Below, one piece after another: positions 9,624-18,376 of a stretch of 43,999 bases of DNA. Both the position numbers and the translations under genes were made by a program. Below the pieces are notes generated by a model. It searched no databases, was not told where the DNA came from, and saw only the letters and a program-made list of their open reading frames with translations. Within the stretch, counting starts at the first letter, position 1. Each line of letters begins with the position of its first letter. Origin of the DNA: a virus (taxonomy: Duplodnaviria; Caudoviricetes); IMG/VR virus record IMGVR_UViG_3300003969_000013, positions 1 through 43,999 of that record. One strand, given 5' to 3'.

Positions 9624-10108
9624 GGCGGGCCATCCTGTGAATAGTCGGGCGGTTGGGTGCGGCTGTGCTCGATGACGCTCGCCGCGCTGAAATCGGTGAG
9701 GCTTTTGGGATCGGGCAAGCGGCGAAGCTCCTCGCAGGCGAGCTCAAGGAACCGGCTACGTTCATGGATTTCGCGCGCGCCCCTGACCCGGTACAGCGTG
9801 CGCTTTCGCGGCCAAAACAGCATTCGGTCGAGCCGCTGGACCGCGTCGGTATTGAGATCGTCCAGGCTGCGGGAGGCACGAAGAAACACCGTTACGCCGG
9901 GCTTCGGCTCCTCACCAACCTGCATGCCGTTGATGTACTGCTTCGGCAGGTAGGGCACGATGGCAGCCCAGCGCGTGGCAAGGTCAGTACGGGTCTCAAT
10001 CAGGCCTACCCAAGTATCCGGGCGCTGGTCGAGGTCTTGCAGGATGATCCGCTCCCGCAAATCGCCGATGCCAAGGGTCTGCTCGTGCCGGGATTTCAGC
10101 AGGGCCAT
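9620..10108 (-). CDS. Head closure / head-tail adaptor (SPP1 gp16-like)
   Basis: IGDLRERIILQ, RWAAI, FLELACEE. Confidence 0.8.
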   Translation of the reverse strand: MALLKSRHEQTLGIGDLRERIILQDLDQRPDTWVGLIETRTDLATRWAAIVPYLPKQYINGMQVGEEPKPGVTVFLRASRSLDDLNTDAVQRLDRMLFWPRKRTLYRVRGAREIHERSRFLELACEELRRLPDPKSLTDFSAASVIEHSRTQPPDYSQDGPP

Positions 10109-10111
10109 GAC

Positions 10112-10837
10112 CTATATCCTCAGCAGCCGATAGAGGTTCCACAGCGCGGCGACGCCGAAGGGAATCGGGTTGCTCATTTGCGCGGTGCCGCCGACGGCAA
10201 CCGCTTCCCGCGTCTCGTACCAATGGGCGACCAGCATCAACATGCCTTGACGCAGGGGCGTGGGGATTGCGCCTGCCGTCTCGCCATAGCCCGCGCGGTA
10301 GGTGATGGCGATACCGCCGTAAGGGCGGATCGGTTGCGGCCACGGGGCGTAGGGCACAAGCCGATTGCCGGTCAGGTAATAGCTCGCAGGCGTGCCGGGG
10401 GCCGCGCTATCGGGCATCGGCAGCACGGTAAAGCCTTCGACCGGGTCTGGCTCCGGCGGGGGTTCGAGGGGAGGAGGCGGCTCAGGCGGCACCCAATCCG
10501 GCGGCAATGGATCGGGAGGGGGCGGCGGTTCGGGCGGCGGAGGAGGTGGCGGGGGCGTTACGGGAATCCGGGCCAGCACGGCAACCTGCGTTACGGCCAG
10601 CACTGGCGGGCGCGGCAGTTCGACCGGCCCCACCGGCCAAAAATCCCGCCACAGCCGCAACGTCCGCGTGACGAGCGAGCGCCGGGTATGGAGTTCACAG
10701 GCTTGGGTCGCCGCGTCGATGAGGGCCGAAATCAGCGCGTCATCGTCGGGGTGATCCACCCGCAAATGCAGTTTCGTTTCTTCAAGGGTGAGCGGCAGCA
10801 TCGCCGGGGCAGCGAGGGTTTCAATCCGGTCTTCCAC
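10112..10837 (-). CDS. Head-tail connector (HK97 gp6-like) with polyproline insert
   Basis: PLTLEETKLHLRVD...DDALISALI; ITYRAGYG; LVAHWYETRE. Confidence 0.88.
   Translation of the reverse strand: MEDRIETLAAPAMLPLTLEETKLHLRVDHPDDDALISALIDAATQACELHTRRSLVTRTLRLWRDFWPVGPVELPRPPVLAVTQVAVLARIPVTPPPPPPPPEPPPPPDPLPPDWVPPEPPPPLEPPPEPDPVEGFTVLPMPDSAAPGTPASYYLTGNRLVPYAPWPQPIRPYGGIAITYRAGYGETAGAIPTPLRQGMLMLVAHWYETREAVAVGGTAQMSNPIPFGVAALWNLYRLLRI
10441..10561 (-). repeat. Low-complexity proline-rich coding tract
   Basis: TPPPPPPPPEPPPPPDPLPPDWVPPEPPPPLEPPPEPDP. Confidence 0.85.
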
Positions 10838-10888
10838 GGGCGCGCACTCCGAAAAGCCCTCACGTAGCGCAAGGCGCGGTAGGGCAAT

Positions 10889-10922
10889 AAAAAAAGTAAG
10901 GGCGGCACCGAAGCGCCGCCCT
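10889..10922 (-). terminator. Rho-independent terminator after the capsid genes
   Basis: AGGGCGGCGC-TTCG-GTGCCGCCCT then TACTTTTTTT. Confidence 0.85.
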
Positions 10923-10954
10923 CAAGGCTGGGAGGAAAGGGAGAGAGGTAGGGC

Positions 10955-11254
10955 TTAGGCTTGGCCTGCGGCGGTGCCGCGCCGCTTCACCGGAGGTTCG
11001 ACCCTGGTCACGGGCGGCGCAGGCTCGACCTTGGTTTCCAGCGCCGGGGTTTCGGATAGTGTGTCGAGCGCAGGCTCAACTTTCGCCTCGCCCGGCGGCG
11101 GTTCGACCTTAGTTTGAATCTCGGGCGTGTAGCGCTCTGCATACCCGCCACGTATCAGGCGCTCGGCATCGGCGGGGGGTACTCCCCCCACCTCGCCAGC
11201 ATTGAAGGGCGATGCGCCCTTCAAAAATCGGACTATCTGCATGATTATTTCCAC
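10955..11254 (-). CDS. Hypothetical protein after major capsid, with (K/R)VEP repeats
   Basis: VRFLK...FNAGEVGG...AERLIRGGYAE N-terminus typical of post-capsid genes; start may be the second Met. Confidence 0.7.
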   Translation of the reverse strand: MEIIMQIVRFLKGASPFNAGEVGGVPPADAERLIRGGYAERYTPEIQTKVEPPPGEAKVEPALDTLSETPALETKVEPAPPVTRVEPPVKRRGTAAGQA

Positions 11255-12654
11255 TTCACGCCTTCGAGAACCGCCACGGCTTCGAGGTGACGCATATTGA
11301 AGTCGTGGCTTGCGAGGGCGCGCACAACCGTCTGATCGACGCTGAAGGTCGGAACGACGTTTGCCCCGTCCATGTAGGCCGCTTCCGTCGAGGTATCGAT
11401 GATGATCCGCATCGAATCGCCGATGATCGCCTGGGACATATCGACGAGGTAGATTTCCGATTCATCACCACCCGCGCCGAGCGTGCTGGGAATAAGCGTC
11501 GTGGTTTTAAACGGGATACCATTCAGCTTACCAGTCTGCATTTCGGTGCGGAAAGCATAGTGGCCACTGGCATCGCGGATCGACCGCAGGAACTTTGCCG
11601 TCCGTGGGCTAAAGAACCAGATCGGGCGCGTGAAGGGGACGTTCGCTTGCTCCAGCAGTAGCTGAAGGGTTTCGAGTTCGTCAGTCACCGCGTCGAGCGT
11701 TACCGTGCCCGAACTGGCGATCTTCTGCCCGGCAAGGCACCAATTCAGCAGGCCCTTCGGATCGTCTGCGAGTCCAGCGCCCCGGAGAAACGCGATGTCC
11801 TCGCGCCAAGCCATCGCCGACAGAACGTCGTTCTGTACCACTGCCGACGCCTGTGGGCTGCTGTAGCGAATAAGGTCGTTCGAGATCGGGACCAGAACTG
11901 CAAGCTTTTTCCAAGTCAGCTTGATCTGGCCGAAACCGGGCTGACTGACCGGGATTGGCTGATTCTCGCCGATATAGCTCGCTTGGCTGGCCGTTACCTG
12001 GCGCGGCATCGTCAGGTTGCCGTTCGGCATCGGCATGGTGATCGGCTGAGAGGCGCGCACAACGGTGTGCGGCGTCAGCAGTTCGATCATTTGCGATACG
12101 TAATCTTCCGGCACGAGCGCCCCGCCCGTGACCTGCGCCCCGGTGGCAAGCGCCTTCGACAGCAGCTTGCCGCGCTCATCGCCCTTCTTCAGCGCGGTTT
12201 CCGCCGCGCGGTCGGCATCCCCGCGCGCGCCAGCAATGGCGATAGCGATATCGCCGACGTTGATCGGGGGCGGCGCTTCAGCTTTGCCGATGATGCCGGG
12301 GCGGTTGAGAGCGGTCTTCATAAGATCGATCTGATCCGTAAAGGGTTTCAGCGCTTTGGCGATGGCCGCTTCCACATCTTGGGCTGATTTCTGCTGATCG
12401 CCCTGCCCTTCCGGCTTGTTCTCCGGCGGCTTCTCGGTATTGGCCTTCTTTTCGATGTCGAGCTTGAAGCCCTCGAAATCGGCCTTGAGGGCGGCAACGG
12501 CGGCGGCATTCGCCGTCATGGCCTCGCTCACCTGCGTCGTCAGCCCGCTAATGGCTTTTGCTACGGCGTCGGTGTCGCTGGCGGGGGGCTGTGCGCCGCC
12601 CTCGCTCTTGATAACCAGATCGGCGGGGAGGGTGTCGGTCAAATCACGCGGCAT
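11245..12654 (-). CDS. Major capsid protein, HK97 family
   Basis: Coiled N-terminal delta domain, GGALVPE, YIGENQPIP, FLRGAG...PKGL. Confidence 0.95.
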   Translation of the reverse strand: MPRDLTDTLPADLVIKSEGGAQPPASDTDAVAKAISGLTTQVSEAMTANAAAVAALKADFEGFKLDIEKKANTEKPPENKPEGQGDQQKSAQDVEAAIAKALKPFTDQIDLMKTALNRPGIIGKAEAPPPINVGDIAIAIAGARGDADRAAETALKKGDERGKLLSKALATGAQVTGGALVPEDYVSQMIELLTPHTVVRASQPITMPMPNGNLTMPRQVTASQASYIGENQPIPVSQPGFGQIKLTWKKLAVLVPISNDLIRYSSPQASAVVQNDVLSAMAWREDIAFLRGAGLADDPKGLLNWCLAGQKIASSGTVTLDAVTDELETLQLLLEQANVPFTRPIWFFSPRTAKFLRSIRDASGHYAFRTEMQTGKLNGIPFKTTTLIPSTLGAGGDESEIYLVDMSQAIIGDSMRIIIDTSTEAAYMDGANVVPTFSVDQTVVRALASHDFNMRHLEAVAVLEGVKWK

Positions 12655-12664
12655 GGATTTTTCC

Positions 12665-13270
12665 TCAGTTGCGGTTGGTCAAGGCGAGGCGCGCGGCGGC
12701 GCTCGCTAGGGAGGTTGCGAGGCTCGCGCGGTTGAGTACCGCGACGAGGGTGGACGGGTTGGGGTTGGTGGCTGACTTGACGCCGTCGATCAGCGCGCCG
12801 GGCATTGCCCCGAACGTGACGAGGGAGATTTCGCGCAGATCGACTTCGGTGATGCGGCGGACGTTGCGGCTGGCATCACGCACCGACTTAACGATATGGA
12901 ACCCGACCGAAAGACCGTCGAGCGCGCCCGCCTTCAGCAGGGCATAGGCCTTCGCACCGAAGTCGGTTTCGAGCACGAGACGCCCGGTGACGCGAAGGCC
13001 TTTTTCGTCCTCGGTTATGTCGGTCCAAACGCCGATAGGCTCGCGCCGGTCATGCTGCCAGAGCATTTTCGGGGCGCGTTTCGCTTTGCGGGCGGCGGCG
13101 AGGGTAGCGCGGAAACAGCCCTTCTCCATAACGTCGTTATCAGTGTCGACGACATTGAAGAGGCTGGCGTAGCCGGAGAAGGTGCCATCGGGCGCGACAC
13201 CCTCCGGGGCCTCCTTCAGTGAAAGATCGTGCAGCAGGGCGTGCCCGTGCTCAATCGGCGGACTGGTCAT
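12665..13270 (-). CDS. HK97-family prohead protease
   Basis: FSGYASLFN, MLWQHD, LDGLSVGF, LREISLVTF. Confidence 0.95.
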   Translation of the reverse strand: MTSPPIEHGHALLHDLSLKEAPEGVAPDGTFSGYASLFNVVDTDNDVMEKGCFRATLAAARKAKRAPKMLWQHDRREPIGVWTDITEDEKGLRVTGRLVLETDFGAKAYALLKAGALDGLSVGFHIVKSVRDASRNVRRITEVDLREISLVTFGAMPGALIDGVKSATNPNPSTLVAVLNRASLATSLASAAARLALTNRN

Positions 13271-13287
13271 GTCCCCTCCAGAAATGC

Positions 13288-13310
13288 AAAAAGCCGCCCG
13301 GAGGCGGCTT
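13288..13310 (-). terminator. Rho-independent terminator after MuF and its partner gene
   Basis: AAGCCGCC-TCCG-GGCGGCTT-TTT. Confidence 0.7.
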
Positions 13311-13338
13311 CAGATGATGGCGATGTAAGGCTTAGGCG

Positions 13339-13533
13339 CTATTCGGCGGCGGCGATCTGCGGGCGATCTTGCGGCAGGATGGTAATCTCGTAGCTCGCTT
13401 CGATCTGCTCGATGGTGAAGCCGCGCGCCAGCATCCTGGGAAGGCTATCAACGATGCCCCGATAGCGGATCGACGGGTCTTCCCGGTCCATCTGTTCGAG
13501 CGACAAATACATGTCCGTGGCGTCTTCAATCAT
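13339..13533 (-). CDS. Small acidic hypothetical protein (possible immunity partner of MuF)
   Basis: 64 aa, ATGA overlap with MuF stop, followed by terminator. Confidence 0.6.
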   Translation of the reverse strand: MIEDATDMYLSLEQMDREDPSIRYRGIVDSLPRMLARGFTIEQIEASYEITILPQDRPQIAAAE

Positions 13534-15122
13534 GGCCGTCTTCCATATAGCCGCAGGCGTTTAAGCATCTCTGCGTCCGTGAGGTCGATACTACCCTTCC
13601 AACTGGTGCCGAGCAATAATCGTCTGCCATGCTTATGATCTGCAACGCCCCAGATGCTTTGAGGATCATCGTCTAGGATCGTGGCGAGCAAGATCGGGTC
13701 ATTCAGTCGAAACCCCTTATAGCGCCGCATCAGTTCGGCCCGCAGGCTCTTCCAGCTTTCCGGTGTCGGCGCGAACCCAGCCCGTGCCCAGGTGTAGCCG
13801 CCGGTATCGAGACCCGCCGTGATAGCCACGCGCTCAATTCCTGCCGGAAGGTAGAAATCCAGCAGCAGAGCGGCAAGGTGCGTGCGCCCGATATTCTGGC
13901 CCTGAAAGGCCGGTTCGACGATCAGCCCAGCGTTGTAAGCGACGCGGCGAGCGAAATCGAAGGTCCGGTCGGCTTCGGCGATCATCGCGCCGGTCGCGTC
14001 CGAAAGGGTCATGGTGAGCCGCCCTGAGCCGTTTGGCCTGAGGTCGAACACTACGCGCGGCAGCCCCGGCAACCCTTCCGCCAGCACCCGATAGACTTCC
14101 GCCGGGTTACGGTCGATCCAGAGGTTCCAGGCGCGCACTTCGTCGTCATCGCCCCCAAGATCGAAGCGGCCCTTCAGCCGGTCGAAATCCTGCCGGGTCC
14201 AGCGTGGGCCGGAACCTGAGCCGCCGCCAGCAGGAGGCGAAGGCGGACGAGAACCGCCGCTGCCGCCCCCGCCGAGTTCGCCCGGCCCTACCCCGGTCGC
14301 TTCAAGCCGTCGCCGCCCTTCCGCTTGCGCGGCTTCGGAAATCCTAAAAGTCAGGCAGCAGCGGCAACGCACAGTTTCGCGTGCAGGCCCAACGCCGGGG
14401 CGCGGCATCGATGCGCCGCCAACCGTGAAGTTTTTATCCATCGCCACCGTCTGACCAGAGGCAGAGGCATGGGTCGGGCGGGTCCGGCGGTCGCCAACGG
14501 CGCACCAGGTCTTTTCGGTCTGGTAGCCAAGGGAATCGACGGCGGTGAAGGTCGCGCCGACGCCCGCATTATGGGTTTCGGTGATGGCAATGGTTTCGGC
14601 GCGGGTGCGGTTATAGCCGGGCGCGTCTTCCCGAATCCGCTTGGCGATTTCGCTATTCGGCCTACCTGCCGCCAGCCCTTCGGAAATCCGCCGCCGGATC
14701 GCCGTCATGGTTTCGGCAGAGGTTTCGTTGAGATGCGCCAGGGCCTCCCGACCGACGAAGGCTTGCACCGCCTCCTGCCAAGGCCCTTCCAGCCCCGCCC
14801 GCTTCAGAACCAAGTCCCGCATCAGGGCTTTCGCCGAATGGGGGAGCGCGGGTGGGGCACCGATCAGAACGTCGCGCGCAAAGGCGTTCGCTGTCGCGGT
14901 GAAATGCTCTTGCAGGATCTTCGCAAGGCGCGACCGATGCCCCGCCCCAACTGCCGGAAGCACCCCGCCATTTTCGACGGCACGGGCGGCGGCGTTCCAC
15001 GTTGCGTTGAGTTCGCTTTGGAGCGCGTCGGCCAGGGCGTTTTCGCGGGGGGCGGCGAGCCCGATATAGCGCGCGAACGCTTCCTCGGGGGTATCGCCCC
15101 CGAGCCTAATGTCACCGGCCAT
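13530..15122 (-). CDS. MuF (minor head morphogenesis) protein with C-terminal GNAT-like extension
   Basis: RAETIAITETH, KTW...DRRTRPTH, RCRC; Gly/Ser/Pro linker; then PAFQGQNIG and GGYTWARAGF. Confidence 0.85.
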   Translation of the reverse strand: MAGDIRLGGDTPEEAFARYIGLAAPRENALADALQSELNATWNAAARAVENGGVLPAVGAGHRSRLAKILQEHFTATANAFARDVLIGAPPALPHSAKALMRDLVLKRAGLEGPWQEAVQAFVGREALAHLNETSAETMTAIRRRISEGLAAGRPNSEIAKRIREDAPGYNRTRAETIAITETHNAGVGATFTAVDSLGYQTEKTWCAVGDRRTRPTHASASGQTVAMDKNFTVGGASMPRPGVGPARETVRCRCCLTFRISEAAQAEGRRRLEATGVGPGELGGGGSGGSRPPSPPAGGGSGSGPRWTRQDFDRLKGRFDLGGDDDEVRAWNLWIDRNPAEVYRVLAEGLPGLPRVVFDLRPNGSGRLTMTLSDATGAMIAEADRTFDFARRVAYNAGLIVEPAFQGQNIGRTHLAALLLDFYLPAGIERVAITAGLDTGGYTWARAGFAPTPESWKSLRAELMRRYKGFRLNDPILLATILDDDPQSIWGVADHKHGRRLLLGTSWKGSIDLTDAEMLKRLRLYGRRP

Positions 15123-15133
15123 GCTGAATATCC

Positions 15134-16525
15134 TTAGCCTTTACGGGCGAGCGCCTCGGCGTCAGCCTCTGACCAGCCCTCGCGGATCAAGGCTTGCTTG
15201 ACGACTGCCGCCGCATCGTCTGCACCCTTGGCCGGATCGGCGGGCGGGGTGCGTGAAGTCGAAGACCGGGGCCGCAGCTTATCGCCGCCTTCAATGGGGC
15301 CATAACCGACAGCCGCGCGTTTCTCGTCGTCGGTCAGGAAGTCGGCATCTTTCAGCTTGGCGAAAGTGGCGTAGCGCCGTTCCGTAAGGGCCGGGATTGC
15401 ATCATCATCGATGTCGAACGCCCACCCCTCTTCGCCATAGGCAGGCCAGAGCCACTGATTCACTTCGGCGACGACGAGCCGCAGGATCGGCAGAACCGTA
15501 TCTTCCCAAAAGCTCAGGCGGGCTTGCTCCATGTTCGCGTAAGTCTGCGCATCGGGAATGCCGATCAATTGAGCCGGCACACCGAAGGCCATAGCGATTT
15601 CGATGGCCGCTTGCTGGCGACCGGCGAGCCAATCCATATCCTTCGGCGAAATCGACAGTTCTTTAGCCGTGAGCCCCCCGTCGAGCAGCATCACCGACCC
15701 GGCGTTGCGGGAGCCCGCATGAAGCGCCTGCAATTCGCCCTTGAGCCGCGCAAACTGTTCGTCGGTAAGCGTTGCCGGGCTGCCGTCTTTGGGCTCATAG
15801 ATGAGCGCGAGGCTGGGGCGCGCGCCGTTATTCAGCAGCGACTCGTTCCAGCGACCCGCCGCGAGATGCTGGGCAATCGCGGACATGGCCGGTTGCGTGT
15901 CGCCCTGCCCTAGCAGCACATCGCGCGGCGAGAACCGCTTGAGGTGCAGCAGCGCGCACCGCCCGGTCAGCGGGTCGGGGGTGTAGGTGTGATGACCGAG
16001 GCGCGTATCGTTGATCCGGTAGGTCGGAAGCGATAGCGCCGCCTCGCTCACCGAAACCCTATCCGGCTGGATCGGGTACAGTTCGCGCGGCGGCGCGTCC
16101 GTATCAGGGCCAACACCGAGGAGATAGGCGTTTCCCCCGATGACAAGATGGGAGACCAGGGCCTCGATCAGCGCTTCCCGCGTCCGCATCAGCGGCGACG
16201 GGCGCTTGATGAGGTCGATGGCCGGATGCTGGATCACCTCCTTTCGGTCTGTGCCGCTCGTGTCATAGAGCAGCCAGGGCACCGACGCCGCCGACCGGGC
16301 AATCAGGGAGATGCACCGATAGGCGACGGCGGATTCGGCGTAGCCCGCTTGCGCCAAAGCGCCATAGCTGGCCGTGCTAAGGTAGGACAGCAGATCGCCG
16401 CCGCCCGCAAAGCCAGCCACCAACGCCGGGGACGGGGCGTGCAGCGTCCAGCCTTGCTGCGGTTGATCGGCGACAGGCGCGGCCCCGAAACCGAGGTTCT
16501 TGCGGATGAACGAGACGAACGACAT
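15134..16525 (-). CDS. Portal protein, HK97 family
   Basis: YRCISLIA, GNAY, NGARPS, IAMAFGVPAQLIG, TYANMEQA. Confidence 0.95.
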   Translation of the reverse strand: MSFVSFIRKNLGFGAAPVADQPQQGWTLHAPSPALVAGFAGGGDLLSYLSTASYGALAQAGYAESAVAYRCISLIARSAASVPWLLYDTSGTDRKEVIQHPAIDLIKRPSPLMRTREALIEALVSHLVIGGNAYLLGVGPDTDAPPRELYPIQPDRVSVSEAALSLPTYRINDTRLGHHTYTPDPLTGRCALLHLKRFSPRDVLLGQGDTQPAMSAIAQHLAAGRWNESLLNNGARPSLALIYEPKDGSPATLTDEQFARLKGELQALHAGSRNAGSVMLLDGGLTAKELSISPKDMDWLAGRQQAAIEIAMAFGVPAQLIGIPDAQTYANMEQARLSFWEDTVLPILRLVVAEVNQWLWPAYGEEGWAFDIDDDAIPALTERRYATFAKLKDADFLTDDEKRAAVGYGPIEGGDKLRPRSSTSRTPPADPAKGADDAAAVVKQALIREGWSEADAEALARKG

Positions 16526-18063
16526 CAGAGCATCCTGATACGGGGTTGCGGGGCGGTGATGATCGGGGCGAAGGCGAGCATCAGGGCATCGGCCCGGTCG
16601 GGCGAAGGCAGCCCGCGCTTTTTCATCTCGTCCTTGCTCTCGATCACCACCCGCCCCCGGCTATCGATCCGATACCGGATCGCGCCGAGCTGGGTTAGGA
16701 GCGTGTCATCATCGGGCAGGCTGATCGTGCCTTCCCGAAAACGCTCCCGAAGGTTCCAAAACAGTTCGGCGCGCAGGTTCACATGCTGATCCGGCTCCCG
16801 CGCCCCGGCGCCGACGTTGATCGGGCACACGGGCAAGCGTTGCTCCTTCAGCCGGTCGGTCACGCCGCCGCCAAGGCCCGCATCATCGACATTGGCGATG
16901 CTCGCCCCGGTTTCGCGGAGCAGCCGGACAATCTGCCCCGTCGTTTCCATCAGGTCGCGCCCGCGCGCCGTGTGAGCGATACGGGCTACGTCCCCGCGCC
17001 GTTCGATGATGACGGTCTCGTCGGTGCCGTAGCGGGCAATATCGCAGCCGAGGGCAACGGGATCGCCCGGCGTGACGTTTTCCCGGTTCACCGCCGCCCG
17101 CAGCCAGCCCATCGGAATGAGCGTGTTCTCGGAAGCTTCGGGAAACTCGCCTTTGATCTTGGCGGTATAGAGGGGCGATTCCTCGCCCCAGTTCACCGCC
17201 ATTTCCTGAACCCATTTTGCCCCGACCAGCAGCGCGCGCAGCCCCTCGGGGATCGCCTCCCCGGTTAGGTTCGGCGTATCGAAAGCGCTGATCGGGATAA
17301 CCTTAAAGCCACTGCCGGGCGCGCATTTGCGGGCAAACTCGCTGGTGGGATCGTCCGGGTTGCCGATGGCAAAAAGGCGGCTTTCGTCGTTCGTCACCAG
17401 CGTTTCGGCGGCATCCCATAGGGTTTTGGGAATGCCGCAGGCTTCATCGAGAATGACCAGCACCCGCCGGGCGTGAATGCCCTGGAACGCGGTCATATCC
17501 ATATCTTGCGGCTTGCGCCCGAAGGCGACGAGTTCGCCGTCGATATGCCATTCGGTCTGATTCGTATGGCCGGGCAGCCCGCCCCGTTTGTGCGCCCGGT
17601 TGATTTCGCGCCAAAGGATCGCGCGGACCTGCCCGAAAGTTGGGGCCGAGGTAACAACGAAGGCATCGCCCGGCGGGCTTGTCGCCAACCACCAGGCCGC
17701 GACCCGCGCCGCAAGAAAGCTCTTCCCCGCCCCGTGACACGACGGCACCGCGACGCGGCGATGATCGCGCACGGCTTCGGCAATCACGCGCTGCCGCGAC
17801 CAAAGATGCTCCCGAAGCACGAACTGAACGAAGCCGACCGGATCATCGGCATAGGGGTAGCTCTGCTTCCGCGCGGCTTCCGCCGCCTCCCGCCGCGCCA
17901 GTTCGGCCCGAATGTGCCGCGCCAGCGCTTCCCGTTCAGCCGGGCTCAGCGGCCCCGCTACCGCCCCGACCTTCGAGCACGGCGAGGAGGGCGCGGAGCG
18001 TGTCACTGTCGGCGTTCTCCAGATCGAGCGGAATGGGGGCTCCCCCCGGCCCGCTATGCTCAA
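16525..18063 (-). CDS. terL: Terminase large subunit (start uncertain)
   Basis: Walker A SCHGAGKS, Walker B VILDEA, GNP, nuclease GCDIAR and SPDRADA. Confidence 0.92.
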   Translation of the reverse strand: MSIAGRGEPPFRSIWRTPTVTRSAPSSPCSKVGAVAGPLSPAEREALARHIRAELARREAAEAARKQSYPYADDPVGFVQFVLREHLWSRQRVIAEAVRDHRRVAVPSCHGAGKSFLAARVAAWWLATSPPGDAFVVTSAPTFGQVRAILWREINRAHKRGGLPGHTNQTEWHIDGELVAFGRKPQDMDMTAFQGIHARRVLVILDEACGIPKTLWDAAETLVTNDESRLFAIGNPDDPTSEFARKCAPGSGFKVIPISAFDTPNLTGEAIPEGLRALLVGAKWVQEMAVNWGEESPLYTAKIKGEFPEASENTLIPMGWLRAAVNRENVTPGDPVALGCDIARYGTDETVIIERRGDVARIAHTARGRDLMETTGQIVRLLRETGASIANVDDAGLGGGVTDRLKEQRLPVCPINVGAGAREPDQHVNLRAELFWNLRERFREGTISLPDDDTLLTQLGAIRYRIDSRGRVVIESKDEMKKRGLPSPDRADALMLAFAPIITAPQPRIRML

Positions 18064-18376
18064 GCTGCTGCGGCTTCTCGCGCCACCCTGCCCGCGTCTT
18101 CAGCCAGAAGATTTGCGCCGTATTGTTCCCGGCAATGGCCGACTTGAAGAGCGATTGCGCCACCAGCGCATTGGCCTTTTCGAGCCCCTGCGAAAGTTCG
18201 GCGCGGAAGTATTTCGTGAGCGTCGGCACCGTGATCGGCTTACCCGCCGCCCCCGTGATGAAGGTGCAAATCACCTCCTGCTGCACCCCGCAGGCAACCA
18301 GCGCTTCGACAAGGCGGCGCTGTTCATCGGTCGGGGTGAAGACGGGACGGCCTCGAGTCATTGCGATTTTCGCCAT
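17936..18376 (-). CDS. terS: Terminase small subunit
   Basis: GRPVFTPTDEQRRLVE, TAQIFWLKTRAGWRE, EHSGPGGAPI. Confidence 0.85.
   Translation of the reverse strand: MAKIAMTRGRPVFTPTDEQRRLVEALVACGVQQEVICTFITGAAGKPITVPTLTKYFRAELSQGLEKANALVAQSLFKSAIAGNNTAQIFWLKTRAGWREKPQQLEHSGPGGAPIPLDLENADSDTLRALLAVLEGRGGSGAAEPG

Noticed and set aside
9653-10867. 404-aa plus-strand ORF
   Set aside because: Antisense shadow of well-supported head-tail genes in GC-rich DNA; no motifs
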